A stretch of 63,648 nucleotides of DNA, filler included, from Octopus bimaculoides (GCF_001194135.2; 3 parts of 3 records of this genome joined end to end with filler, not necessarily neighbours in it), one strand, 5' to 3'; shown: positions 1 through 13,233, numbered from the whole stretch's first letter. Numbers and translations are program-made. Notes: a model not told the origin generated them from the sequence alone.

Positions 1-120
1 TTGGCAGATAAAGACGTTCTATATCTGCCTTAGGGTGGTGCATTCTATGTATTGTCAACAGTTTTTGTATTTTTCTGTCAACATTACATATTTCAGTAAT
101 TGACCAGTTAACGATATTGA

Positions 121-193
<73 letters not shown>

Positions 194-196
<3 letters not shown>

Positions 197-348
197 TAGT
201 TTTATCTTTATAATGTGCTTTCACTTCACTACTGAGCGCAGCTCTGTGTGCCTAGTGTATGTGCTGTGGTTTGCTGTGATGCTCTTATGGTTACTGTATA
301 GAAAGTGTTTTACGTAGGACGTGTGCAGTGCCCAGTAGTGCAAATTTC
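194..348 (-). mobile_element. 3' end of an R4/Dong-like non-LTR retrotransposon embedded in (TAA)n
   Basis: Minus strand reads KFALLGTAHVLRKTLSIQ* (the LLGTAxILRKxL C-terminal motif of RLE-type LINEs) plus a short 3' UTR. (TAA)n flanks both sides (about 114-193 and 349-412). Confidence 0.65.
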
Positions 349-412
<64 letters not shown>

Positions 413-416
413 TCAG

Positions 417-537
417 AGAGCAGCAACACAATGGAATATATCATCCTCGCTTTGTACATTTTGGCTGTTGCCGGACTGAATGCTGCCTCCTGTGGTGATT
501 ATATTTACACCTCGGAACTCTATCCGACACAAATAAG
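417..537 (+). CDS. SLC22-like: SLC22-like transporter gene 1, internal exon (about TM10 and the ELYPT loop)
   Basis: tttcag|AG acceptor and AG|gtaaag donor. Translates ESSNTMEYIILALYILAVAGLNAASCGDYIYTSELYPTQIR, with the SLC22 'Y(T/S)xELYPTxxR' motif. Joins in frame to the 1295 exon. The start could alternatively be 419. Confidence 0.88.
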
Positions 538-1294
538 GTAAAGTACAAAGCCACTGGTAATAAATGTTTCTTTAGAATTACAAGAAACCTACCTTCTTAT
601 ATCTGACGACATATGAATTAGTTTTGAAATTTGAAATTCAAAATGGAACTAATATTTAACAGACACTCTAATTCATGTTGGAATCAATGAATATATTTCC
701 ATAATTTGAATACTAGTTCGAAACTCAGTTTTATATTAACTATTAGCAAATTGCTTATCAATATTTTCAAGTCACATATCTTCTACTAAATCTACTTTAT
801 TTCTTTTCCTATAAAACTTTTGATTTTATCGATTTGAAATTTGAAGCTTAAATGCTATAAATACATTCTACTAATTTCGAAATGAGAGAAATTTCAACTA
901 GTTAAGTTTATTGTTGAAATTTCATTGGTGCTTGGAAACTGGACTGAGAGTCAGAGAGGACGCAATGTAATTATTGCTGCATTTGAAAGTGTTATGTCTC
1001 AAGCTATTGCTATCTAGCACCTTCGGATGATCTCTACTCAACCGCTACACAACTGCTACTCGACTGCTACTCAACACACTACCACGGCCAGAATACCTCT
1101 ATTTATATGTCTTGGGAGATCCTACTTCTTTGCCTGGGGGCGTCGACATAACAGAAAGCAAGCTAAACATTATTTCCTAAAGACGCTAACCCATTATTCT
1201 AACTTTTCTAATCTTCCCAAGTGTATGACGTAGCTATTGATTCATACATTTTAACTAAACATTGTCTCTAATCCTAAATATCTTGTGATTGTAG

Positions 1295-1367
1295 AAGTAT
1301 TGGAAGTGGTTTTGCTACAACTTTCACGCGGATTGTATGCTTGTCATCACCTTTCCTGAAACTCTTG
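1295..1367 (+). CDS. SLC22-like: SLC22-like gene 1, penultimate exon (TM11)
   Basis: ttgtag|A acceptor and TTG|gtaagt donor, 73 nt (phase 2 to 0). Gives (R)SIGSGFATTFTRIVCLSSPFLKLL, matching the RxxGxG...R....P pattern of TM11. Too short for the ORF track. Confidence 0.88.
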
Positions 1368-1699
1368 GTAAGTGAATGCTCATTCTACTGAATATAAACT
1401 TAAAGAATATTTAACTACAACATCTTAATAAAAGCATCTAATAAATTGGAAGCAAGAAATAATTTGGATGATTTTAGTTAATTGTATGGTGCTTTTTGAG
1501 AATATGGAGTCATTTTTCTCCATCACATCTAGATCTTGATCTACAAGACGCCTGTATAATAAACTTACAAGCAGTACGTCAAGGGTCATTTTTCTCTTCT
1601 AAGAATGTCTTCAGTTATTCTTTTTGTAACAAGTTTAATGAAAGAACTGTACATGTAGATATAACACTGTATATTATGTCCACTTTCAGAACACTTTGA

Positions 1700-2930
1700 T
1701 TTAAATGTGTGTTGGATGTTATTGTAACTTGTGTCAACTTGGTAACTGCCCTGTCGCCTGTGGTCTACTGCTTTTTATATTTCTCCACCTCAATTTGTTT
1801 TCATTTGTGTGACTTCAAGACGTGTATGTTGCAATGCCCAGATCACTTTTACTACTCCAGGAATTCCAATGGGTTCTTCGAAGAAGGCAAAGGGTCATAC
1901 GACACTATCAAAATATTATTTTCTTTGATCAGGTATAATGATTTCAAATAGAAAGCTGGGGTGGACTTATAGATCATAAGTTATTTTAGCTAGAACGCAA
2001 AGCAATTACATATAGATATACTGTTTCTTGTGCCTGTGGGACAGCTAAGCTCGAAATGAGTACCAGAGTCGGCAGAATAGGCCAACACGTCATGAATGGA
2101 GACCAGAGAATAAACGCGTACAATATGTACAACTAGTTTCACCTGAGTTAATTGTGTTACCACCACTACATATAAAACTTGGAATCTTCAAAGATTTTCT
2201 GAAGTCACTGGACACTGAGTGCCAACCAATCAAGTTGTTAAAAGATATTTTTCCTGAATTAAGCGGTGCAAAGATTAAAGAAGGCGTGTTTCTTGGACCA
2301 AGCACTTGCAAATTGACGAAGGGTCTGATGTTCGGAGATTCACTAAATGGAGTTGAACGATGAGAGTATGATCCTGTATTAAGGACGATTGCAAACTTTG
2401 TAGGAAAAGAACTGGAGCCCGAATTACAAGGTAATCATAATTGATCTTCTGGATTCATTCAATGGTGCAAAGAGTTCCTGTTTAAAGAGTCACTTAGATT
2501 TCTTTCCTTTAGACAACGGCAACATCAGTGATAACCATCGTGAAAGATGTTATCAAGTGATCACCTCTATTGTAACAAGATACCAGAAGCAAATCGATAC
2601 ACACAGACTGTTGCTGGCTTCACGTCCATGCTAGTGATCTTGGCAATGAGCTTAAGGTTGTAACGTTTTCCTGGTAATTTTTTCAAAGTGTATATTGCTA
2701 TTTTAACAGCGATTCATTGAAGTTCAATGCATTAATAACTTAATACATTGTTCACAAGATTAGACAAGTCTTTTGTAAATGTGGTATATGTGAGATATCA
2801 TATAGATCAAAATGTAGGCGTGATGGAGCAAAATGCTTTTCATTTTCATAAACAGCACTCTAAAACTAACCAATATAACCTAAAGTAGTGTTTGCTGAAA
2901 TATTAGCGTCATGCAGTCTTGTTAACACTC
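1700..2930 (+). mobile_element. Degenerate DNA transposon transposase remnant (LPPLHIKLG family, probably Chapaev/CMC-like)
   Basis: Fragments YCFLCLWDS, LPPLHIKLGIFKDFLKSL, KIKEGVFLGP and SHLDFFP..GNISDNHRERCYQ, with stops and frameshifts. Superfamily name is from recall. Confidence 0.65.
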
Positions 2931-3716
2931 TTATCAATGACTTTCATTAACCAACACATGCGTGTGTGAGAGAATTATGTCTCTAACACTTCACTCTATC
3001 AATTTGCATGTCCATTTGATAAATGCATATGCATTATGAATCATACACATGTACCATACATTACCGTAGTATTTAGAACAAGTATCCTGTTAATGCATAA
3101 CATTGTGCATGAAATAATCCCTCAGATTTCTGTAAAAGAGCCTAATTTTGTTCTATTCAAGTTATGCTAGACAAATTCACAACACTTCATTTCAATAATA
3201 TAATTTTTCTCTTCAACATACTTCGTCAAAATTCAACATACATCCTTGCCTATTGTAACCTTCATTTTTTTACAACAGACTTTATTCTCTTAACCAGTAA
3301 CCTCTCTCTACATTAGTATACGTTGTGATGATTTTTGTAAAAGTCTTTTTTTTTTTTTTTTTCGGTACGAAAGAAGTTTTCTATTTCTAAAATGTCATTT
3401 CCCTCATTTCTCTCTATCTATCTCTCTCGTTCTCCTTCTATTCTTCCCCCTTTACATTTTCTTTAACATTTAATACATTCTTCTGACTAAGCTGTCCCCC
3501 TTCAATGATTAGATCGTTTTTTTTTTGTTATATGAATTCATATAGCTTGCTCTTCACATATATTTCCAATTGGATGAGATCGTATCCTTTCCTGGATCCT
3601 TGTTGGTCAGATTGTTATCTCTATCAATCTAAGGATATATATACATACATACATATATATATANNNNNNNNNNATATATAGTCATTTCACTCATATATTA
3701 AATTTTCTATCTACAG

Positions 3717-3902
3717 GCATTGGTAGTTCCGTGGGCTCCTGGGATTATCATAGGAAGCGGATGTATAGTTTCTTCAATTTTGGTTCAAGTATTTCTACCA
3801 GAAACTGGAGACCGTGTTCTACCACAGACAATCGAGGAAGTGACCAAAATAGAGAATGAAAAGAAAAGGAATAAAATTCACACTATATCCTACAGAGAAT
3901 GA
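3717..3902 (+). CDS. SLC22-like: SLC22-like gene 1, terminal coding exon (TM12 and C-tail)
   Basis: ctacag|GCA acceptor (phase 0). ALVVPWAPGIIIGSGCIVSSILVQVFLPETGDRVLPQTIEEV...* carries the SLC22 C-terminal 'LPET....LP.TIEE' motif. Stop at 3900-3902. Confidence 0.9.
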   Translation, partial: ALVVPWAPGIIIGSGCIVSSILVQVFLPETGDRVLPQTIEEVTKIENEKKRNKIHTISYRE

Positions 3903-4149
3903 GATAATCAATATAATCTGTAGCCTCAATCAGCAAAATTACGTTTATACAAATTCAGAACACGTAGTCTATATTGAAGTGATGTGTGTATGTATATGAA
4001 CATATATCACATTATATTCTATTATACTATATTGTATTATATTATATTATGTATATTATATGTAAAAAGCCTGGGAATAAGTTTCTTATATGATTAGGTA
4101 GTGAGAGCTAATCATATGATAGATTCTTTATATAATGAAATATGAAAAT

Positions 4150-5635
4150 TGTTCTATTTTATCCAGAATGTTCATCATTCTGTCACCTGAGCGATCCTAC
4201 AATATCATGAAACTTAGAGTCTTGTTTGACTTATCATATTCAGATGTATATATCGGTCTACTTCTTCTGCTGAGTAATTCACTTTGACATGCAGTATTCA
4301 AGAGATCGGAAAAGTTCACTCGGAAACTTTCAACGGGAATAGGAAGATGACTTAGTGAAACGATTTTACCCAAGATAGAAAAAAAAAGGACACAATCAAG
4401 GAAGAAATAGAAGCGCATTGTTACCAGCGAAAAATAATATCCGGTAGTTTAGTCGATTGCATTGTATAATACATTAAACAAAAACCTTTTTAAAAAATGC
4501 GATTCAATACACCCGTTTTCATTGAACACCAGATTTAGGAATGCTAGCCCCTAAACTATCCGGTTTGCCCATCTTTTACACTTTATTCGTTAAAATTAAT
4601 ATCGGGAAACAGAACCTGCGGATTCAGAGACTTACATTTTACATGCAACCACCCATACAAAACTATCTTCAACGGAGGCTTCTTGAAAATGACATCGAAA
4701 ACGTTAGAAATATTTTAGTCAGCAAAGCTATGAAGTCTATGGTTGATAAGTGCACTTGGATAAACAAACATCCAAACTCACTCAAGACATAGTCTATGAA
4801 TTGGAAGTTATATTTAAAAATAGAAACAAGAAAATAAATATCAAAATATAAAATGAAATGACAAAAAGATCTTTGAAAAATGATATTTGTCGATCATTTA
4901 TCGTCCCGACAGTGAAAAACAACTAATGGAATAGAGATAGAAATACAGAAATATAATATATCAAAGAAGGAAGAGATATTTGGTAGAAAGTCTTAAGCAA
5001 AAATGATCGTTGATAAATCGCTAATAGAAGCGATAATGATCCAGATCGCGGAAAATGTGACTTTATTCCGTTCTACAAAAGCCTCTACACATTACTTGGG
5101 TACCTACTCAAAGTGGTTTAGACCCTGCAGCCGTTTCTCCAAAAAACTTGTTGAAGTTCTGGAATCCTACAAAACCATCCAACGAAATATCACTTATCTT
5201 GAACTTTACTTTCTATTAAATAAAATATAATCAACCATATACTACCATTTTTCAATAATATTTATTCTTTCTTGATTCTTATACTTATATGCTTAATATT
5301 AGCCACTAGCAAGGACACAGTAATTCGTTCTGCATTCACAATATGCTACCAATTCAATATTGTGTCTTACTTTTGTGTTGGGAGTGCGATGTTTTCACTT
5401 TTAATTTTATCTCTATATCTTTTCTATAGAGTTCAGAGCCAGCAGCACGAGTTACGACGTTTCGTATACGAATACGTCAGTGTAAACAATATGATCGAAG
5501 ATAGAACAAATGGATATACCCATCGCCTATTTTTTCTATCTTCGATCGCATTGTTTACATAGGTGCATTTATATACGAAACGTCGTAACTTGTGGTGCTG
5601 GATCTGAATTCTATAGAAAATCTACAGAGATATTT
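4150..5635. mobile_element. Penelope-like retroelement remnants with a terminal long palindrome
   Basis: Minus-strand RT-like fragment (IYTSEYDKSNKTLSFMIL, cf. I.FT.E.E.N..LSFLD) at about 4197-4418, and a ~220-nt imperfect palindrome at 5409-5631. Confidence 0.4.
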
Positions 5636-6116
5636 ACAATTGTTTTATTCCTTATACAGTATTATATATTGGTAAATACTTTCATTTAGAGTTGTCCATT
5701 CTCAAATTTTTCCAAACTATTATGATTCCTGAATTCTAATGCTTCCATCCACTTCATAACAGGTTTTCACTTTTTTTTTTTTTTTTTCATTTATAACACT
5801 GGGGAACAGGGTTTTTGTTGTCTGATGTTGGAGACATATTTCCTACTAATTCTGGGGTGCCGATTTCAAAAATGAAATCCATTTTGCTCTATTGCGTCAA
5901 GTTTTTTCACAAACTCAGACGTTTATTTTCCAACATTTCTGGTATTGTCACTAATTCTAAGGATAGATTTGACTTCATTAAGTACGAACCCATATATGGA
6001 GCTTGACATTACTTTGAAAACATAGTTTTTTCCATGTCATTTAAAGTAAATTCTTCGAAAGTGAAAACAAAAGTCATGATTTCAGTATCTTCAGTAAATA
6101 AAATGTATCAAACTTA

Positions 6117-6520
6117 GGCGCAGGAGTGGCTGTGTGGTAAGTAGCTTGCTTACCAACCACATGGTTCCGGGTTCAGTCCCACTGCGTGGCACCTTGAGCA
6201 AGTGTTCTCTACTATAGCCTCGGGCCGACCAAAGCTTTGTGAGTGGATTTGGTAGACGGAAACTGAAAGAAGCCCATCGTATATATGTATATATATGTGT
6301 ATGTGTGTTTGTGTGTGTCTGTGTTTGTCTCCCTACCATCGCTTGACAACCGATGCTGGTGCGTTTACGTCCCCGTAACCTAGCGGTTCGGCAAAAAGAG
6401 ACCGATAGAATAAGTTCTAGGCTTACAAAGAATAAGTCCTGGGGTCGATATGCTCGACTAAAGGCGGTGCTCCAGCATGGCCGCAGTCAAATGACTGAAA
6501 CAAGTAAAAGAGTAAAAGAG
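6117..6520 (+). mobile_element. Full-length octopus-type tRNA-derived SINE
   Basis: tRNA-like head with Pol III A-box (TGGCTGTGTGG) and B-box (GGTTCAGTCCC), internal (TA/TG) microsatellite, conserved tail ending (GTAAAAGA)n. Many homologous copies in the window. Confidence 0.85.
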
Positions 6521-6994
6521 CAAAAGTGTAAACTTGAGCAACTTCCATTATTTTCAACCTAACCAGTTTCAAATGTCATGATGATGACAGAAATGTCCTT
6601 TATACAATTAGATGTTAAGAAACAACATATTTTTGTTGTCCTTCACAACATACATGTCTCATACTGGCTATTTGCGGAATTTTTTCGCAGATATGCTCAA
6701 TCTCTACTTAATTTAGTGTGACTATCATTGCAAACAAGATGAGACATGTTTTACTGAACTTCTAACTTTTTTTCTTTTTATGAAAATGGTATTTTGAATG
6801 TGCTCTTAATGTTTTAATTGAGGTCACATAGGTCAAGGTCGCTTTTCGCTAAGCACGGTCAAAGAACCGAAAACATTCATAGTATTTAGGCTCTTTATGG
6901 AACTTTGCCATCACAAATCTGAATTTGCTTACTTTATAACTGTTCACTATTCTGAAAATGATTTTCTCGGGTGACAACTGGCTTGAATATGTTT

Positions 6995-7320
6995 TCTATT
7001 TCAGAAAAATTGGCCAGTTGCAAGAGAAGAGAATGTAAAAACAGCCCCGATGTTACATTTCTATATTTAAGAGATGAGTAATTATGTACATTATTTACAT
7101 TATTTACATTTGACGAAAGCTTAGAGTTTTGGTATGTGAGATAATTAAGGTTGGTGCGTCTGATGGACCACATATTAGGTGGCTATTGCAGGACGAGCTA
7201 TTTTTGGAGACCGTGTCTGCCATTGAAAAAGAAGCATGGAATGCTTTTGCTGCAGTTATGTCTGATTTTCTGAGAAACAGGAAGTCATCAAATTATGAAG
7301 ATGACCTGTTAACCAGTTTT
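6995..7320 (+). mobile_element. Second, internally deleted remnant of the LPPLHIKLG-family DNA transposase
   Basis: EKLASCKRRECKNSPDV (N-terminal Zn-finger-like start) close to DGPHIRWLLQDELF...EKEAWNAFAAVMSDFLRNRKSSNYED. Confidence 0.5.
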
Positions 7321-7323
7321 CAA

Positions 7324-7396
<73 letters not shown>

Positions 7397-8174
7397 CGTG
7401 GAGATGTAGTAAGAAGCTTGTTCCCAATTGCATAGTTCTGGGTTCAGTCTTACTGCGTGGCACCTTGGGCAAGTGTATTTTACTATGGCCTGCTACGGAG
7501 TACATGGGACTTGCTTTCGAACGCTCCAAGTAAGTTCGTTTCAAAACATTTGTTTTCACCAGTTTGGTGCAGATGTTTCGTTTTATATTTTAATTCAAGT
7601 TGTTAATAGAAAAACCAGGGACATGTCACTAGTCTTTCTGTTTGTTTGGCCCCTCGTGGAGCCATGTGCGGAGACCAAATAATTCCACATACAATTCAAC
7701 AAGTTGGCGCAGCACATCTTGAAAGAATTAAGAACATAGACATCGAACGTAGACACAGCACACACATCAGCACCACCACCCCAACCACATTCACTCACAA
7801 CTACATTTAGCCCTTAAAAGAAAGCTCACGATCATCAATACTGAAACACCGAATTATGTGCTCGTGAGCAGAGCCAGCAAAAATTTGTTGGCTCTCATAA
7901 CCAGAAACAAGGAGATTGAGAGGCAGAGGGTGCAATTTACGACACCAGTACCCTTTCTGTTCCGGATCACCTAATGCTAATGCTACCCCTCAAAGCATAC
8001 AAAGAAATTCATTGGGATTTCCGGTATGAGTGGGAAGCCCAAACGTCCGCGCCACCAAGAGGCTTTTAGCCTGTTTCCCAAAGGAACCACATCCGGAGCC
8101 CGGATCACCGGGCTGCCAACAGCTCCAAGAGGGTAAGTAACCCTGTTCTTTTTTCTTTTCCTCAACCTTTTCAT

Positions 8175-9793
8175 GCCATCGTGGCTATTGTGAGAGTGGG
8201 TTGCATAAATGTTCGCTACCTGGGGTTACCCTGGAAACAAGGCCAATTGCTCAATGACTTCAGGTCGCTATTTTTTGGATGTGATAGCAACCAGTGAGGT
8301 CAAGATTTCCGACAGCGCCATCTTGCACCTATTTTCGACGATTATGAGATTTACGCATCGCTTAGTCGGCTCGGGATGGGAGACTGGGGGGGGGGCAGTG
8401 GTATTTAGGAAAGGCCTGGATCTTGAAGTTCGGACGACCTTCCTGGACCCGAAGAGTAAGCTGGTAGTTCTGAACGTGAAGGTGGTGCCTTTAAACTAGT
8501 CGCTGTTTACGCCCCCACGAAGGCGGAGCAGCCAGTTTTCTTCAGACGTTTGGAGNNNNNNNNNNNNNNNNNNNNNNNNNNNNNNNNNNNNNNNNNNNNN
8601 NNNNNNNNNNNNNNNNNNNNNNNNNNNNNNNNNNNNNNNNNNNNNNNNNNNNNNNNNNNNNNNNNNNNNNNNNNNNNNNNNNNNNNNNNNNNNNNNNNNN
8701 NNNNNNNNNNNNNNNNNNNNNNNNNNNNNNNNNNNNNNNNNNNNNNNNNNNNNNNNNNNNNNNNNNNNNNNNNNNNNNNNNNNNNNNNNNNNNNNNNNNN
8801 NNNNNNNNNNNNNNNNNNNNNNNNNNNNNNNNNNNNNNNNNNNNNNNNNNNNNNNNNNNNNNNNNNNNNNNNNNNNNNNNNNNNNNNNNNNNNNNNNNNN
8901 NNNNNNNNNNNNNNNNNNNNNNNNNNNNNNNNNNNNNNNNNNNNNNNNNNNNNNNNNNNNNNNNNNNNNNNNNNNNNNNNNNNNNNNNNNNNNNNNNNNN
9001 NNNNNNNNNNNNNNNNNNNNNNNNNNNNNNNNNNNNNNNNNNNNNNNNNNNNNNNNNNNNNNNNNNNNNNNNNNNNNNNNNNNNNNNNNNNNNNNNNNNN
9101 NNNNNNNNNNNNNNNNNNNNNNNNNNNNNNNNNNNNNNNNNNNNNNNNNNNNNNNNNNNNNNNNNNNNNNNNNNNNNNNNNNNNNNNNNNNNNNNNNNNN
9201 NNNNNNNNNNNNNNNNNNNNNNNNNNNNNNNNNNNNNNNNNNNNNNNNNNNNNNNNNNNNNNNNNNNNNNNNNNNNNNNNNNNNNNNNNNNNNNNNNNNN
9301 NNNNNNNNNNNNNNNNNNNNNNNNNNNNNNNNNNNNNNNNNNNNNNNNNNNNNNNNNNNNNNNNNNNNNNNNNNNNNNNNNNNNNNNNNNNNNNNNNNNN
9401 NNNNNNNNNNNNNNNNNNNNNNNNNNNNNNNNNNNNNGATGAAACCATCCTGCATGCACTAGAGCAAAGTCCATGCATTACTGACCTGTAGATCTTTCTC
9501 GAACAGCTGTTTTTACGTGTAGGATGGATCACCTCACTGCCTTCTTTTGGCCGGGAGGAAAAGGCAGCTTTTTTCTCCCTGGAAAGAAGTAGTGTTTTAG
9601 AAAGAAGTAGTGTGTTAGAAAGAAGTAGTGTGTTAGACGAGGTCGAAAGGACTGAAGACAGACACTTTCCTCTTCGGCCGAGCCTTTATTGACTTTTTCA
9701 AGTTCCATTTGAAAAGGAAAGTGAGGTTAGAGAAGGAAGTACTACCCCCAGTATGTTTGTTGAAAGGTGGGTGAATGTTGCGAAAATGGCTCG
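8175..9793 (+). mobile_element. L1/Tx1-clade LINE: APE endonuclease start and ORF2 3' end, split by gaps
   Basis: IVRVGCINVR...DVIATSE...GGGAVVFRKGL...LVAVYAP (AP endonuclease motifs). The 3' part FHLKRKVRLE..../FVERWVNVAKMA is shared with copies at 23800-24070 and 34560-34720. Confidence 0.7.
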
Positions 9794-11194
9794 NNNNNNN
9801 NNNNNNNNNNNNNNNNNNNNNNNNNNNNNNNNNNNNNNNNNNNNNNNNNNNNNNNNNNNNNNNNNNNNNNNNNNNNNNNNNNNNNNNNNNNNNNNNNNNN
9901 NNNNNNNNNNNNNNNNNNNNNNNNNNNNNNNNNNNNNNNNNNNNNNNNNNNNNNNNNNNNNNNNNNNNNNNNNNNNNNNNNNNNNNNNNNNNNNNNNNNN
10001 NNNNNNNNNNNNNNNNNNNNNNNNNNNNNNNNNNNNNNNNNNNNNNNNNNNNNNNNNNNNNNNNNNNNNNNNNNNNNNNNNNNNNNNNNNNNNNNNNNNN
10101 NNNNNNNNNNNNNNNNNNNNNNNNNNNNNNNNNNNNNNNNNNNNNNNNNNNNNNNNNNNNNNNNNNNNNNNNNNNNNNNNNNNNNNNNNNNNNNNNNNNN
10201 NNNNNNNNNNNNNNNNNNNNNNNNNNNNNNNNNNNNNNNNNNNNNNNNNNNNNNNNNNNNNNNNNNNNNNNNNNNNNNNNNNNNNNNNNNNNNNNNNNNN
10301 NNNNNNNNNNNNNNNNNNNNNNNNNNNNNNNNNNNNNNNNNNNNNNNNNNNNNNNNNNNNNNNNNNNNNNNNNNNNNNNNNNNNNNNNTAAGTATCAGCT
10401 GAACCCAGGGCGTCAATGTAATCAACCTCTCAAAAACATTTTAAGCTTTGTACTTATAGAAGAACGAATTATTATTATTAATGGTGGCTTGCTGACAGAA
10501 TCGTGAGAGGAAGGAAATATACTTTCGTGTTGTGAAGATCTGGCAAGTTTTCCCCAAGACCTCAAATATTCAGTTAAAAGAATGTCTATACGATACGTGG
10601 CTCGAGAGTCAAACGAAGCAATACTTATAGTAAGGATGTTGGTCTATAGATAATGGTGAACTTCATGGTCCTGGGTGCTAGGTCTATATTTTGGAAGTAA
10701 AATGCGATCAAGATAGTAATTTCAGCGTATCGGCTGATTATGCTTCAACAAAGCAATCTTAAAAACGTATTACAGTTATCAAGCATAACCTGAAAAATTT
10801 GTTTATCTTTAATATCAATGTCGCTTCTGGCAAAGCGGGAAGGGCCTAGAATATAAATTAAATTTTTGTGTATTATTCCATATTCAGTTTTTTATGTTCA
10901 GTCACAGAAAGCGTTAACATTGTTTTTGCTAAACCTGCCTTGATTTGTATTTTTGAAGATAATTTTCGTTTTAGGTTAATTTCAAAATGATATTCCGATA
11001 CATATATTTGTTAGAATAAATAATTTTAAGCTCGTGACATTCTATTTTTCATGAAATGCATTTAAGACATTATAAGCACCTAGAAAGATCTAATTTACGT
11101 CCGCTACTCACACACAAGAAAAACACATACGCCCAAACATAAACATGCAGATGCACAGACACACTGTCGAATAGACATAAACGAAGAAGACAAA

Positions 11195-11333
11195 ATGAAA
11201 TCTACCCAAGTGGATGTTGATGGAATCCTACGTTCTCTGGGACAAACAGGTTTTTTCCACACCAGCCAATGCATTTTGATTTGTGCATCTCTAATTGTAG
11301 CATCGACAAATAGTTTATTCTATATATTCTACG
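11195..11333 (+). CDS. SLC22-like: SLC22-like gene 2, coding exon 1 (N-terminus and TM1)
   Basis: ATG at 11195. MKSTQVDVDGILRSLGQTGFFHTSQCILICASLIVASTNSLFYIFY resembles the SLC22 'D.IL..LG..G.F' N-terminus. TAC G|gtatgt phase-1 donor is compatible with exon 16504. Confidence 0.85.
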
Positions 11334-11370
11334 GTATGTATAAAATTTAGATAAACGCATACTCTTACAC

Positions 11371-11412
<42 letters not shown>

Positions 11413-11822
11413 CAAAATCTATCTATCGACTAATCTATTATCTAATTCTATCTCTCTCTCTATATATATATATATATGTGCATGTGTGTATCTGTGTGTT
11501 TGTATATGTATACACATGTAAATATATATATACACATATATGCATTTATCCATATGTATATAATACATACATGCACGCACAAACACACACACACACATAT
11601 ATATATATATTTGTGTATCTATATATTTATACAATTATACACATAGGCGCAGTCGTGGTTTTATGGTACGAAGTTTGCTTCTCAGCCACATGCTTCCAGG
11701 TTCAGTACCACCACGACACACCCTAGGTTGCTGTATTCTGCTAAAGCCCCTGGCCGATCAAAGACTTCTGAGTGAATTTGGTAGACGGAAACTAAAAGAA
11801 AAAGCATGTCATACATGTACAT

Positions 11823-11892
<70 letters not shown>

Positions 11893-12442
11893 NNNNNNNN
11901 NNNNNNNNNNNNNNNNNNNNNNNNNNNNNNNNNNNNNNNNNNNNNNNNNNNNNNNNNNNNNNNNNNNNNNNNNNNNNNNNNNNNNNNNNNNNNNNNNNNN
12001 NNNNNNNNNNNNNNNNNNNNNNNNNNNNNNNNNNNNNNNNNNNNNNNNNNNNNNNNNNNNNNNNNNNNNNNNNNNNNNNNNNNNNNNNNNNNNNNNNNNN
12101 NNNNNNNNNNNNNNNNNNNNNNNNNNNNNNNNNNNNNNNNNNNNNNNNNNNNNNNNNNNNNNNNNNNNNNNNNNNNNNNNNNNNNNNNNNNNNNNNNNNN
12201 NNNNNNNNNNNNNNNNNNNNNNNNNNNNNNNNNNNNNNNNNNNNNNNNNNNNNNNNNNNNNNNNNNNNNNNNNNNNNNNNNNNNNNNNNNNNNNNNNNNN
12301 NNNNNNNNNNNNNNNNNNNNNNNNNNNNNNNNNNNNNNNNNNNNNNNNNNNNNNNNNNNNNNNNNNNNNNNNNNNNNNNNNNNNNNNNNNNNNNNNNNNN
12401 NNNNNNNNNNNNNNNNNNNNNNNNNNNNNNNNNNNNNNNNNN

Positions 12443-12835
12443 ACAGTGGTAAAAGCTTACTTCACAATCACATGGTTCCAGGTTCAGTCCCACTTGTCCG
12501 GCGTGGCACCTTGTGCAAGTGTTTTCTACTAAGCCTCAGGCCGACCAAAGCCTTGTGAGTGGATCTAGTAGACAGAAACTGAAAGAAGCCCGTCGTATAC
12601 TTGTGTGTGTGTATATATTTGTGTCTGTGATGGCGGTGGTGGGGTCTATCACAGACACAAATACACACACACACATACATGTATACGACGCGCTTCCTTC
12701 AGTTTTCGAGTGTTAGATCCACTCATAAGGCTTTGGTCGGCCCGAGGCTATAGCAGAAGACACTTACACAAGGTACCATGCAGTGGTACTGAACCTGGAA
12801 GCATGTGGTTGTGAAGTAAGTTTTTTACCACTATG
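12443..12835. mobile_element. Two SINE heads in opposite orientation separated by a (CA/TA) spacer
   Basis: + copy at about 12443-12600 and - copy at about 12685-12835 of the same SINE head. Confidence 0.7.
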
Positions 12836-13233
12836 TTTTTACCACTATGTTTTAATCTAGTTAGTGAACTGCGGACATGCTGGGACACACCTATGGGGGG
12901 TTTTTAGTCGATCGAATTACCAAGTACATATTTCACCCGNNNNNNNNNNTATCGGTCTTCAAAGGCAAAGTCAACTACTGCGGAATTTGAACTCAGAACG
13001 TAAAGACAGATAAAATACGGCTAAGAATTTTGTCCGGCGTGTTAACCATTCTGTCAGCTCGCTGCCTTATACACACACACACGTATGTATGTATGTATGT
13101 ATGTATGTATGTATGTATGTATGTATGTATATATGTATGTATGTATATATGTATGTATGTATATATATATATCCAAATTGAAGATGAGAAATCCGATAGG
13201 CTCGACAATTCAAAAGCATTACAATATAAACCG

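Noticed and set aside
6117-6200. tRNA-like A-box and B-box sequences
   Set aside because: These are SINE heads with many diverged copies, not tRNA genes.
8496-12558. Long ORFs of 200-340 aa in the ORF track (also at 22.4-23.4, 28.7-29.6, 51.4-52.3 and 54.8-55.5 kb)
   Set aside because: They only run through N-gaps and microsatellites; no coding evidence.
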